From positions 608,001-672,000 of the forward strand of contig OZ241993.1 in the NCBI GenBank assembly GCA_965204575.1: a stretch of DNA of 64,000 nt, written 5' to 3'. Below, in pieces: positions 33,047 to 42,966 of this stretch. The number at the start of each line of letters is the position of its first letter. The stretch's first letter is position 1. This stretch comes from an uncultured candidatus Porisulfidus sp. GTDB taxonomy: Bacteria; Pseudomonadota; Gammaproteobacteria; Poriferisulfidales; Poriferisulfidaceae. A program made the position numbers and the translations under genes. Below the pieces are notes generated by a model that saw only the letters and a list, made by a program, of their open reading frames with translations, made no database searches and had not been told where the DNA came from.

Positions 33047-34261
33047 ATGAGCGATTTTTTCCAGAACGGGCAGATCGTCACGCTGCATGACTTGGCGGGA
33101 CGCCCCACCGAGGAATTCGAGTCGGAACTGCTCGGGTTTTCCCGCAGCCGCCCGTTGGGGCTGGTGCTGCCTTCCTTGTATTCGGAGTTGGAAGGGCCTG
33201 CGCTCGGCCGGATTGTCGAAGAGCTGGCCCAAGTGGAATACCTGAACGAGATCGTGATCGGCCTGGATGCAGCCGATGCGGAGCAGTTCAAGCACGCACG
33301 GGGTTTCTTTTCCCGCCTGCCGCAACCCCATCACGTGCTTTGGAATGACGGTCCCAGGTTGCGGGCACTGGCCGACGAACTGGAGGCACGGGGCTTGGCG
33401 CCGACCCAGCAGGGCAAGGGGCGCAATGTCTGGTTCTGTTTCGGCTACGTGCTGGCGTGCAACCGGGCGGAGGCTCTGGCGCTGCATGACTGCGACATCA
33501 CCACATACGATCGCCGCCTGCTGGCGCGGCTGATCTATCCGGTCGCGAACCCGAGTTTCAGCTTTGCATTCTGCAAGGGCTACTACTCGCGCATTTCCGA
33601 GCAGGAGCTGAAGGGCCGCGTGGCGCGACTGCTGGTGGCACCGCTGCTGCGCGCCCTGCGCAAGGTGTTCGGGCCGCATGATTTCGTCGAATACCTGGAC
33701 AGTTTCCGCTACCCGCTGGCCGGGGAATGTTCGCTGCGCACCCATGTGCTGAAGGACTTGTACCTGCCGGACGATTGGGGCTTGGAGATCGGCTTGCTCG
33801 CCGAAATCCGGCGCATGTATTCCAGCCGACGTGTCTGCCAGATAGACATCGCGGACCTATACGACCACAAGCATCAACAGATGGGTATGGCCGACGCACA
33901 AGCGGGATTATCGAAGATGAGCGCGGACATTTGCAAGGCCGTCTTCAGGAAAATGGCGATCGAGGGCGAGGTGTTTTCCGAAGGCGTGTTCCGCAGCCTC
34001 AAGGCGGCCTATCTTCGAGAGGCGCTGGACCTGATCGAACACTACCAGAGTGACGCGGTGACCAACGGGCTGAACTTGGATCGGGATGCTGAAGAACAGG
34101 CGGCGGAGTTGTTCGCCAGTAATTTGCTGAGTGCAGGAGAGGATTTTTTGGCGCACCCGATGGAGAGCCCGTACGTGCCGAGTTGGCGGCGGGTCCGTTC
34201 GGCTATTCCGGATTTCCTGCAGCGCCTGGAAGCGGCTGTGGAGGAAGACAATCAGGCGTGA
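33047..34261 (+). CDS. gpgS: Glucosyl-3-phosphoglycerate synthase-like glycosyltransferase (glucosylglycerate pathway)
   Basis: MSDFFQNG, PSLYSELEG, GKGRNVW, HDCDI, KGYY, RYPLAGE, DWGLEIG, YDHKHQ. Confidence 0.8.
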   Translation: MSDFFQNGQIVTLHDLAGRPTEEFESELLGFSRSRPLGLVLPSLYSELEGPALGRIVEELAQVEYLNEIVIGLDAADAEQFKHARGFFSRLPQPHHVLWNDGPRLRALADELEARGLAPTQQGKGRNVWFCFGYVLACNRAEALALHDCDITTYDRRLLARLIYPVANPSFSFAFCKGYYSRISEQELKGRVARLLVAPLLRALRKVFGPHDFVEYLDSFRYPLAGECSLRTHVLKDLYLPDDWGLEIGLLAEIRRMYSSRRVCQIDIADLYDHKHQQMGMADAQAGLSKMSADICKAVFRKMAIEGEVFSEGVFRSLKAAYLREALDLIEHYQSDAVTNGLNLDRDAEEQAAELFASNLLSAGEDFLAHPMESPYVPSWRRVRSAIPDFLQRLEAAVEEDNQA

Positions 34262-34304
34262 GCGGCTGTGGGGCTGTGATTCGGCAGCAGCAGAAGCCGA
34301 TTAA

Positions 34305-34330
34305 GGTAGAATATTATGTAATTTTCTACC
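34305..34330. promoter_or_regulatory. Palindromic operator overlapping the vapBC promoter
   Basis: GGTAGAATATTATGTAATTTTCTACC is self-complementary at 22/26 positions, contains TAGAAT, and ends 12 bp before the vapB start. Confidence 0.65.
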
Positions 34331-34342
34331 CTGAAGGGAATC

Positions 34343-34600
34343 ATGAGCCTCAACATCAAGAATGAGGAAGCTTGCCTGTTGGCGGATGAACTGGCCCGTC
34401 TGATGGGTGAGACCAAGACCGGGGCGATCACCGTCGCGCTTAAGGAACGCCTTGAACGTGAGCGACGGTTGCATGACAGGGAATCTTTGCTGCGGAACAT
34501 TCGCGCCATCAGGAAACGTTGCGCGTCTCTCATCGGCCCGGGACCTTCCGCGACGGAACATGGCAACTTTCTCTACGACGAGCGGGGGCTACCCAAGTGA
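34343..34600 (+). CDS. vapB: VapB antitoxin (RHH, Rv0623-like)
   Basis: MSLNIKN..LADELA..GETKTGAI..AL.ERLER..LYDERGLPK. Confidence 0.9.
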   Translation: MSLNIKNEEACLLADELARLMGETKTGAITVALKERLERERRLHDRESLLRNIRAIRKRCASLIGPGPSATEHGNFLYDERGLPK

Positions 34601-34983
34601 TTGTTGATACTTCGGCAATTCTGGCAATTTTGCTCGATGAGAAGGATGCGGAGCGCTACGAAGAAGCCATCGCCTCGGCATGGCCGCGCCGGATGTCGGT
34701 AATCGGGTTTCTGGAAGCCGCCATCGTCGCCGAGAGCCGGGGCGGGGAAGCCATGGGACGGGAGTTCGACCATTTGACCGAACAGATGGAGATGGAATGG
34801 GTGCCGGTTTCACTGGAGCAGGCGCAGGTTGCCCGCGAAGCTTGGCGTCGCTTTGGCAAGGGCCGGAGTCCGGCCCGCTTGAATTTTGGGGACTGTTTTG
34901 CGTACGCGCTGGCCAGGATCAGCGGGGAGCCCCTTTTGTTCAAGGGCGGGGATTTCGCCCAGACCGATGTTGAAGCGGCATAA
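34597..34983 (+). CDS. vapC: VapC PIN-domain toxin
   Basis: IVDTSAILAIL, LNFGDCFAYALA, PLLFKGGDF; GTGA overlap with vapB. Confidence 0.93.
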   Translation: MIVDTSAILAILLDEKDAERYEEAIASAWPRRMSVIGFLEAAIVAESRGGEAMGREFDHLTEQMEMEWVPVSLEQAQVAREAWRRFGKGRSPARLNFGDCFAYALARISGEPLLFKGGDFAQTDVEAA

Positions 34984-35198
34984 GTTGATTCTCTTGGCCT
35001 AGTGCTGGCGCGGGGAAGGATTTTTTGGCACATCTTATGGAGAGCCCCCCGCACCGAGTTGGCGGCGGGTTTGTTCGGCTATTCCAGATTTCCTGCAGCG
35101 TCTGGAAATAGCCGTTGAGGAAGACAATCAAGAGTAATCGTTTGGCAGCAGGAAGGTATCCAATCTCGACCGCGGTCTAGAGTCTGTTTCGGGCAGAC

Positions 35199-35570
35199 CT
35201 ATGCGCAACAGCGATCCGCGTAGTAGTTGTCGCCCTGCGACATCTGGATGAACTGGCAAGGTTCGTCACCTACTGTCCAGGCGTCGTGTCTCGGGGGCAA
35301 CATCGTGATGTCGCCTTTGCGGAAAGTTTCCCTTGAACCGTCGTCCATCTGGATTTCGATTGCACCGGAGATCACGTACGCGACGTGCGGAAGCAGGCAG
35401 GATTCCGTTCCGGCGTACTCCTTGAGGTCCACAGACTATTTGGCTCTAGGGCTGAAGGTCACCTTGATGGCTGTGACCCCGTCGAGTGTAACGACCTGTT
35501 TGGAGATTTTCCCGTGGACATCCGGTTCGGCGCCGTCGATGTTCGCCTTCATCATATTAGGCAGCGACAT
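35199..35570 (-). pseudogene. Cupin-domain protein with in-frame TAG
   Basis: MSLPNMMKANIDGAEP...TFSPRAK*SVDLKEYAGTESCLLPHVAYVISG...PPRHDAWTVGDEP; TAG at 35438-35436; AAGGA-like RBS upstream. Confidence 0.75.
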
Positions 35571-35691
35571 ATCCTTACTCCTTTTCTAATGGAGGGGATT
35601 ATTCATCGTACTCCTATAGTGATTCATGTCAATCCCTCAATTTGAAGGATCAATTTATTCTTAGACTGCTTAAACTTAGAGTGTTTCGTGG

Positions 35692-37158
35692 CTACTCGGA
35701 ATGATCTTTTGTAACTGATTCTGCAGCTTGGTCTAGGCTTGGGAATAGGGATTCACGAGTAATATTCAGCAAGCGCAATTCATCCATGATGTGTTGTTTG
35801 TGTTCGTCTAGCACTTCAAGTGTCGCATGCGCATAAATTGGAATCCCGGGATTCCACTCTAGGACTTCACTGCGTTCAAATCGTTCATGGAATGCCGAGA
35901 TCAGGAAAGCACCAGCTTGTGCCCTGATACGCGCAAATGATTGTTGCGGCTCGACGATAAACACACGGTAGAAATCTCGGGGGTCTATTTTCCCTTCAAA
36001 TGATGGTTTTTCTTGTCGGATTAAATCATAAAGGCGCCGCATGACATGTCCATATGTTCCAATTGGTCGGGGGTCAGCCTCGCATCCTTCGCCCCAAGAC
36101 TCAATTCCTAAAAGAAAATTTTGTTCAACACACGAGAGTTTTGCAAAATTGGTAACAATTTTGATGCTGTCGCTGTTGAAAGGTTTTACCATTTCCTTTG
36201 GTGCGGAGAGAATGTGCAAGCGACCGGTTGTTTTTTCGACCGCTTCGCAAGCATAAAACAAGGCTACTAGGGGGTTTCGTGTTACATCAAGTAGACGGGT
36301 CTTAAGCCCATGGTGTTGCGCCAGCACCCACTGAGATAGAGCTGAAACTGCATTGTCAAAATCCTCCGGCCTTCGAGACATTAGATCCAAGAGCATACTT
36401 CCTTCTTTAGCGCGGAGGGTAGGGTTGCGCCTCACCGAGGGAAAGAGCCCCCACACGTTGCTGCGCTCTCCACGAAAATAAAGTCTGCAATCAGGAAAGC
36501 TCGACCGAAGACTGTTGCATTCTTGGATTAAATCCGAGACGCAACTCATGTGCCCATCAGGGATGTCCTGTTCCTGCTGTCTTGTCGCAGAGTCGTTCTC
36601 TGGGTACAGTTTGGCTTGCCACAGTTGTGTTGCTCCGAGATCTGCCCCCGTAAGTGTGGCGGATGTGAGGTCAGCGTCTGCGAGTTTTGCATTGGAGAGA
36701 TTTGCACCCCCGAGATATGCGTTATTGAATTCCGTATTTGTAAAGTCGATTTGGAAAAGGGTTGCTCTAGAAAAACTAGTATTTGCCATTTTAGAGCCAC
36801 AAAAACTGGAAGCAGACAAGTTTGCGTCGTCGAATCTAGCTGCAAAAAGACAAGCACCATCAAGTTTTGAATTTGCCATTTCAGCTTTTCGAAAGTCTGC
36901 GCCCCATAGTTCGGCGTTTCTCAAATCAGTACCTGCCACCCTATATTGGCTACAAAGTTGTGCGTTCCGGAAATTAGCCTCCCGAAGATTAAATCTGACG
37001 AGAGGAATATAGCCTTCTCCGTCTAACTTGTCTGAATTTTCAAATTTCTCGTAGAGATCTGCATTTTCAAAATCAGGAGTAAAGTCTGACTGTGCTCGTC
37101 GCGTGTTCCAACTCTCGACACCTTCTAGGAGCCATTCAATGTGTTCGGGATTGGCCAT
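35692..37158 (-). CDS. Pentapeptide-repeat + FRG domain protein
   Basis: N-terminal MANPEHIEWL..GVESWN, tandem A(D/N)L/F pentapeptides, then YFRGE, AQHHGLKTRLLDVTRNPLVALFYA, RIRAQAGAF. Confidence 0.88.
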   Translation of the reverse strand: MANPEHIEWLLEGVESWNTRRAQSDFTPDFENADLYEKFENSDKLDGEGYIPLVRFNLREANFRNAQLCSQYRVAGTDLRNAELWGADFRKAEMANSKLDGACLFAARFDDANLSASSFCGSKMANTSFSRATLFQIDFTNTEFNNAYLGGANLSNAKLADADLTSATLTGADLGATQLWQAKLYPENDSATRQQEQDIPDGHMSCVSDLIQECNSLRSSFPDCRLYFRGERSNVWGLFPSVRRNPTLRAKEGSMLLDLMSRRPEDFDNAVSALSQWVLAQHHGLKTRLLDVTRNPLVALFYACEAVEKTTGRLHILSAPKEMVKPFNSDSIKIVTNFAKLSCVEQNFLLGIESWGEGCEADPRPIGTYGHVMRRLYDLIRQEKPSFEGKIDPRDFYRVFIVEPQQSFARIRAQAGAFLISAFHERFERSEVLEWNPGIPIYAHATLEVLDEHKQHIMDELRLLNITRESLFPSLDQAAESVTKDHSE

Positions 37159-37173
37159 GTACTGTACCTATGG

Positions 37174-39920
37174 TTATTTCTGCCACTCGACATAAGTTTT
37201 TTCATATAGTGTGAACAGATGCTCAATGCGTTCGCGTTCGGAAGAAAATTTAGTACGGCGGTAGAGTCTATCCACGGCCCGGTCAAGCGCTTGATGTGCT
37301 TTGCGCAAACTAGGCGGTATCAGATCGGGATCGTAAAGGTCGGCCAACGTCGCATCAGGATGTTCGGTTCGAGCATCGAGGACAGCCTGTGCCAGAGGCT
37401 CCAATTTGGACAGGCTGGCGCTCTGTTTCCTGAAAGCGGCCGGTGTCGGGAAAGTGTTGTAAACAAGGCCGATGGAATATCGGTAGCGGCTTTCCAATCG
37501 TCCGCCAACATGGCGCAGCCACGCCATGTGCATGGCGGAGGTCAGTAGCGCAAAGTCGGTGAGGGTTGCGTTCTGAAGTAATAAGGCTGAGTCACTCGGG
37601 ATTACTGGTGGCTCAAGCCAGCCAATTGGCGCATAGTCTCGCCGCTCGGAGCTAACTCGTGGAATGAGCAGAAATGGTGCCGTAGGTAGCACATTGACAT
37701 GGTAGAGCGTCGGCGTTTCTGCGTTGGAGCACTCTTGCTGGTTTCCCGGTAGGCGCGGACAGTAGCAATCCGCTTCCGCACGTGTGGCAACCGTGCCAGC
37801 ACACTGGGCGAAGCATCATGCAAGGCCAGAATCCATCGTTCTCCACCTTGAAGATACTCGCGGGCTCCAACAAAGGGACGCAGGAAAGGTTCGGCATCGG
37901 GCTCGGCCTCTAGGAATTCGAGGCGTTCTTCAAGATTGAAAATGTAATTCCCTCCGTCGATGGGTTTGGAGCCGATAATCAATCTCTTCAATCCGTTGAT
38001 AGGTTTGCTCTCTTCTTGTACCGTCAAGTGGGGGTTGGTAAGTCCACTGGCGTCGAACAGGTAAGGAGACAGGGCAGGATGCCGGGTTTCTTCCGGCTGG
38101 CCATTGATGTCGGGATAGTTGAAAAGACGCACGTTCACCTGTGCATTCTCTCGTCGGTCAAGTCCAATAATTACGACATGCACATGTGCCTTGCCCTTCG
38201 CATCCGAACCCCAGGCAAAGGTTCGGTGTGCAAATGCGATCTCCAGTTTGTAGCGGTCAAACAGGATCGGCCAGAGTTGTCCGACCTGTTCGCCTTGAGT
38301 GATCGAATTTGTTGCCACGAAGCCGACGCGGGCAGAACTTTTCTGGACATATTCTCCAGCCTTGATGAACCAAGCGGATACGTAGTCAAGTGTCCCGGCT
38401 TTCTTGCCCAAGGCCGCAATTCGATGCACTTGCGCACGCTGTTCCCTATTCTGCTTTTTCGCACCGAGATAGGGGGGATTGCCGAACATATAAGAGCATT
38501 TCTCCGGTGGGCAAAACTTAGCCCAATCTGTCTCCAAAGCATCTCCATGCAGGATATGGGGTGATTTCTTCAGGGGAATTCGTATGTAGGTTTGACCGAA
38601 CTCCAGACTGAGCCGGTTATTCATGATGTGATCCATCATCCACAGGGCAGTTTCCGCGACGCGGACAGGGAATTCGTTAATCTCGATACCGTAGAACTGA
38701 TCCACGTCAATCACGGACAACTCGTCGGGCAGGATACCCTTTTGGCCGGGGTGGATCTCCTTCATCACCTCAATTTCAAGAGCCCGCAATTCCCGGTAGG
38801 CGATAATCAGGAAATTCCCGCAGCCGCAGGCTGGATCGAAGAACCGCATTTCCCCCAGTTTCTTCTTGAATTCTCGCAGGTCGGAACGGCGACGGCGGTC
38901 TTTCCTGGACCTCAGACATTCGAACTCATCTCGCAGATCATCTAGGAACAAGGGTTCAATCACTTTCAGGATATTGCCTTCAGTCGTGTAATGCGCCCCA
39001 TCGGCATGGCGAGCCTTGGGATCCATGACTGACTGGAACAATGCACCAAAAATAGCGGGTGAAATGTTCGACCAATCGAATCGACAGGCATCTAGCAATG
39101 CCTCACGCATGGTTCTATCAAAGGAAGGAATACTCAACGTTCCATCAAACAAATCTCCATTCACATAGGGGAAACGAACAAAGTCTTCATCCAGCGTCTT
39201 TTGGCGCTTAGATTCTGGCGTATTCAGCACTTGGAATAATTCAGCCAATCGTGACCCAGTATCCGATCCATCTTCACTTGTTCGCGATAAAATCAAATCA
39301 AGGAAAATATCGCGGGGCTCGAAGATTCCTGTATCGTCCACAAATAGGCAGAAAACAATCCGAGCAAGATACCTCTCTAAATCATGGCCTCGGTACCCCG
39401 CGGCTTTCATCCGGTCGTGTAGTTGTCCGACTAGTTCGGATGCCTTGATATTTGCAGGGTCCTGGTCCCGGAACACTCGGCGCTGGACACCGAGGATGAA
39501 CCCAAAATCTTCAACGTGTGAAGATAATTCTTTGAGGCGAAAAGAAATCTTCTCGCGCTCGTCAAGATCGTGAAGTTCGAAATTTTGAAAATCGCTTACT
39601 AGGATGTAACGAGGACGCCCGTGTTCGGGCAGTGCCTCAAAATACTCTTCAGCCTGATCGTAAGCATCAGCAAGATTATTTCCAGCACTTTTCTGTTCGA
39701 CGATCAGGACGCTGGGCCAGAACAGGTCAATAAACCCCGAACTGTTGTCCAACTTTCGCACATGCTTCTCATAGTAGCCGACCGACCGTCGTTTTACGCC
39801 GAACACATGAAAAAAATCATTGTAGAAACTCTGCGTTTCCCCTTTCTCATAGGCGGCGTCCTTCCACTCGTCGGCGAAGGTGGCGGCACGGGCACGGATC
39901 TCGTTCCAAGACAGGCGCAT
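37174..39920 (-). pseudogene. MmeI-like type IIL restriction-modification enzyme, frameshifted near 37715-37725
   Basis: MRLSWNEIR, IDLFWP..IVEQKS nuclease, GAHYT, DPACGCGNF, GNPPY; TRD/C-terminus (PRVSSERRDY, YNTFP, LADLYDP) continues in another frame (37174-37692). Confidence 0.85.
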
Positions 39921-40006
39921 CAGATAATCCGTGTCTTAATGCGAAAAAGGCTCAAACCAGGGTGGGCAATTCTTGGGTTAGATTCAAGGATGATCGACCA
40001 ACCTGA

Positions 40007-40348
40007 TTAATCCGATTCCGGTGGAACGATCGCTTCCAGTTGAGGGATCAATTTAGGAAGGTCGTTGTGCACGACATCCCAAAGAACATCGTAATCGACA
40101 GCGAAATAACCATGAACAAGCCGATGGCGCATACCAATAATCTTGTCCCATTCAATCTCTGGGAATTCCTTCCTAGTTTCAATGCTGAGGCGAGAGGCGG
40201 CTTCTCCGATTATCTCCACAGATTTCATTACAGCATTTTGGTGCAACGCATCCTGCTCAAGTTTCTGTTGTGTCAGCCCTCTGGAAAATTCAACTGCGTT
40301 GCGTGCGGCAAGCAGCATGTCGGCAAGATACGACGGATCATGCCGCAT
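40007..40348 (-). CDS. HepT-like HEPN (DUF86) ribonuclease toxin
   Basis: YLADML, EIIGEAA, WDKIIGMRHRLVHGY (Rx4H), VLWDVV; ATG at 40348. Confidence 0.9.
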   Translation of the reverse strand: MRHDPSYLADMLLAARNAVEFSRGLTQQKLEQDALHQNAVMKSVEIIGEAASRLSIETRKEFPEIEWDKIIGMRHRLVHGYFAVDYDVLWDVVHNDLPKLIPQLEAIVPPESD

Positions 40349-40679
40349 AGATCGTTTTTGCAGAACCCAGGATGTTTTCCCGGCGTATCCAGTTCGGGCT
40401 TTGTTCGATTGATTTTCGCGTGAGCAGGTCGACTTTGCGGCCAAGCATCTCGCTTAATTCTTCCTCCATCTGATCCAGAGCAAGAAACGACAGTTTCGCG
40501 TCAGGGCTAAATTTCACCAGCACGTCGATGTCGCTGTCAGGGCCGAAATCGTCGCGCAATACGGAGCCGAACAACGCCAGTTCCGTAATCTTCCGACGTT
40601 TACAGAAAGCGGCAATTTCGTCGGGTGATACGCCCATGCGCTCTTGGGTGGCTTGATCCTTTTCCATGAGTTGGTCCAC
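40338..40679 (-). CDS. MntA-like minimal nucleotidyltransferase antitoxin
   Basis: LALFGSVLRDDFGPDSDIDVLV, GRKVDL; overlaps the HEPN gene; start may be 40667. Confidence 0.9.
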   Translation of the reverse strand: MDQLMEKDQATQERMGVSPDEIAAFCKRRKITELALFGSVLRDDFGPDSDIDVLVKFSPDAKLSFLALDQMEEELSEMLGRKVDLLTRKSIEQSPNWIRRENILGSAKTIYAA

Positions 40680-40731
40680 TCAATTCAGGAAGATTGGTTC
40701 TCATTATAAGAGGCGCGAAACCGTGCGTCGT

Positions 40732-42936
40732 TCAGGCTCCCCACTGTTCCTGCCACGCCGTGAATTCGGATAGTCGAACACCATAGGGTGCCAGATTTCC
40801 CTCATGCAGTCCCAGTAGAGTCTTTTCAGCGATTTCACAAAAGCGGGGATGTTCCGGTTCGTCAATCCGCTCCCGCGCCCAAGTATCGATATGCGTAGCG
40901 GCCTGCTGCTTGTTCATGCGTTTGCGGACGACGGTACCGACGACTTCGCGCAGCGCGGTGCGGTGCCGCATGCGAAACGGGTCGGGCTCGCCTATGGACT
41001 GCCGTACGGCGGCATAGCGGGTGGCTGATCGCTCGTAGGCCCAAAGAAACATGTCTTTGAGCAATTCAATCCGATTCAACTCGTATACGCCTAGCATAGC
41101 CTCGGTGTAAAGCTGTTGGGAGACATCTTCGAAAGACAATGGAGACAGGTTTCTTTGGATCAGCGGAATGTTCGCGGCCAATCGCGAGACTCGCTTGTTG
41201 ACATCGTCGAATGGCTGCAAGTAGGGAAAATGCACCATTGCAAAGAAGGTCTGTTCAAAAGGGTCACGAATTGCTGAAGCAACGGCGAGGATCTGGTCAA
41301 AGCATTCTTCAATGAGTTGTGGCACTTCCAAGGGATGGAAGATCGAACCTCCGATTCCGACACCAGCGTGCCGAAGCCGTCCTTCTGCGTCGGGGTCGGG
41401 CAGCAAGTTGTTTGCCAGCAGTGCATGGAGGTTGAGCAGGGTATGTCGGTTAAACCCGATGTCCTCCACAGCCTCAACAAGAAATTCAATGGCCTCTTTA
41501 TGGTTGAGGATCATTTGCGCTTCAGCCCGTTTTTTCCCCTTCGCTTCTTTGCCAAGTTCAAACAGACGACTGGTTTCGAGCAGGGAATAGGTATTGCCTT
41601 CGAGACGGCTGGAGTTCCATGACAGGTCGATGAGCAGACGGTTCAGAATCTTCTTGGCATAGGTCCCGACGGGTTGCCCGGTGCTTTCCAACCGGCCCAC
41701 CTCCTGGAGGCGTTCACGTTCCACATCTGTGAGATAGAAGGTTTCGTTGGGTCGATAGGAATCAAGAAAGGATCGGTCGTAGCCGACGGGCCTGCGTGCC
41801 TCGACCGGCTGGCGGACATATTTCCGAATCTCGGCACCGGCCTCAGACAACGACGGCACAGCCTCAGCCTGAGCCTGGATTCCAGACGGTCCTGATGTGG
41901 TATGGACTTCCACGTTTATTGCCCTCGCAATCATTTTTTCCGTTTCTGGACATGTGTTGATCGGGAGCAGTTCGATTTCCGGGTGTTGCCGGGCGAAGAC
42001 CCGGAAGATCTCGTCTGCGAATGCCGGCCCGATGTTTTCTATCCCCTGGAAGTCAAACATAACCTTCTGGAACTTATCCACGCGCACCAGGAGCCGCTTG
42101 GCCTGGGAGCGGGAGATCAGCCTGTCCTCTCCTAGCTGAACCATCCGCACCGGAACAACCGTTTTGGTAAATCCCAAATCTTCTCCGGAAGTGAATTGAT
42201 TAAAGACTTCCTCTGTCGTTCTTGTTGTCTTGCTTTTCAGCTTCATGAACACGGAAGTCTCACCCAAATCTTGACTTCTTTCCAGAATCCAGTCTTCCTC
42301 CTCCCCGAATTCATGGGAGAAATAGATGCCGCCTGAAAGAATGGCAAACTCGTCGAATATTCTGGACGTGAAGAAGATTCCTTCTCCGGTATGACGATCA
42401 GGGTCGGTCGTCAGCTTGCCTTTTGACAGTTCTAGGATGGCATGGCGTTCGTCCAGCAGCCCCAATGTTTTTTGTATCTTCTTGAATATCCCGCACCCAT
42501 CGTCGTGGATCCACATTTCTGTACCCACTATGGTTCGAGTGATCCCCACCCGGATTATGGAGCCGTCAGAATGGTCAATTGCGTTGTTGAACATTTCATT
42601 AAAGCCGTAATGCCAAATACCTGATGCGTTGTCCGATAGGGAACCGAGTTGGTCTTCAACGTCTTGCGTCCAAACAACTTCTTCCATCAATTTCGGCTTG
42701 ATCTCGTAACGACCAACCCAACTGGACAGTGTTGCCAGCCGGTACCGGGTTGCGTTAGTCTTCCCGGACTGCTCAAGAATTCCCTCCTCGCAGAGTTGCC
42801 TTAAGTGCTTGTTCACGGCTTGGCGGGAAATCCCAAATCGCTCTGCCGTTTCTTTTGCTACGGCTTCCGACGACTCCCCGACTTGATCGAAGATATAACT
42901 CCTGATCTGCTCACTTCGGGTACGGAGTGTGACCAT
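40732..42936 (-). CDS. Fusion protein: wHTH + HATPase-like + STAS-like (DUF4325) + Fic domain
   Basis: FGISRQAVNKHLRQL (HTH); NEMFNNAIDHS, DDGCGI, GEGIFF (GHKL boxes); SRSQAKRL..FDFQGI..GPAFADEIF (DUF4325); SSRLEGN, ILNHKEA, YLQPFDDVNKRVSR (Fic). ATG at 42936 with GAGGGA RBS preferred over TTG 43017. Confidence 0.82.
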   Translation of the reverse strand: MVTLRTRSEQIRSYIFDQVGESSEAVAKETAERFGISRQAVNKHLRQLCEEGILEQSGKTNATRYRLATLSSWVGRYEIKPKLMEEVVWTQDVEDQLGSLSDNASGIWHYGFNEMFNNAIDHSDGSIIRVGITRTIVGTEMWIHDDGCGIFKKIQKTLGLLDERHAILELSKGKLTTDPDRHTGEGIFFTSRIFDEFAILSGGIYFSHEFGEEEDWILERSQDLGETSVFMKLKSKTTRTTEEVFNQFTSGEDLGFTKTVVPVRMVQLGEDRLISRSQAKRLLVRVDKFQKVMFDFQGIENIGPAFADEIFRVFARQHPEIELLPINTCPETEKMIARAINVEVHTTSGPSGIQAQAEAVPSLSEAGAEIRKYVRQPVEARRPVGYDRSFLDSYRPNETFYLTDVERERLQEVGRLESTGQPVGTYAKKILNRLLIDLSWNSSRLEGNTYSLLETSRLFELGKEAKGKKRAEAQMILNHKEAIEFLVEAVEDIGFNRHTLLNLHALLANNLLPDPDAEGRLRHAGVGIGGSIFHPLEVPQLIEECFDQILAVASAIRDPFEQTFFAMVHFPYLQPFDDVNKRVSRLAANIPLIQRNLSPLSFEDVSQQLYTEAMLGVYELNRIELLKDMFLWAYERSATRYAAVRQSIGEPDPFRMRHRTALREVVGTVVRKRMNKQQAATHIDTWARERIDEPEHPRFCEIAEKTLLGLHEGNLAPYGVRLSEFTAWQEQWGA

Positions 42937-42966
42937 TGTCAATATTCCCTCTCGGATTCTCGAATA

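Larger units (their letters stand above)
34130..35137 (+). repeat. Degenerate ~130-bp direct repeat of the gpgS 3' end (copies ~34130-34261 and ~35001-35137) flanking vapBC
   Basis: Shared blocks AGGATTTTTTGGC, ATGGAGAGCCC, CCGAGTTGGCGGCGGGT, GTTCGGCTATTCC, GATTTCCTGCAGCG, GAGGAAGACAATCA. Confidence 0.9.
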
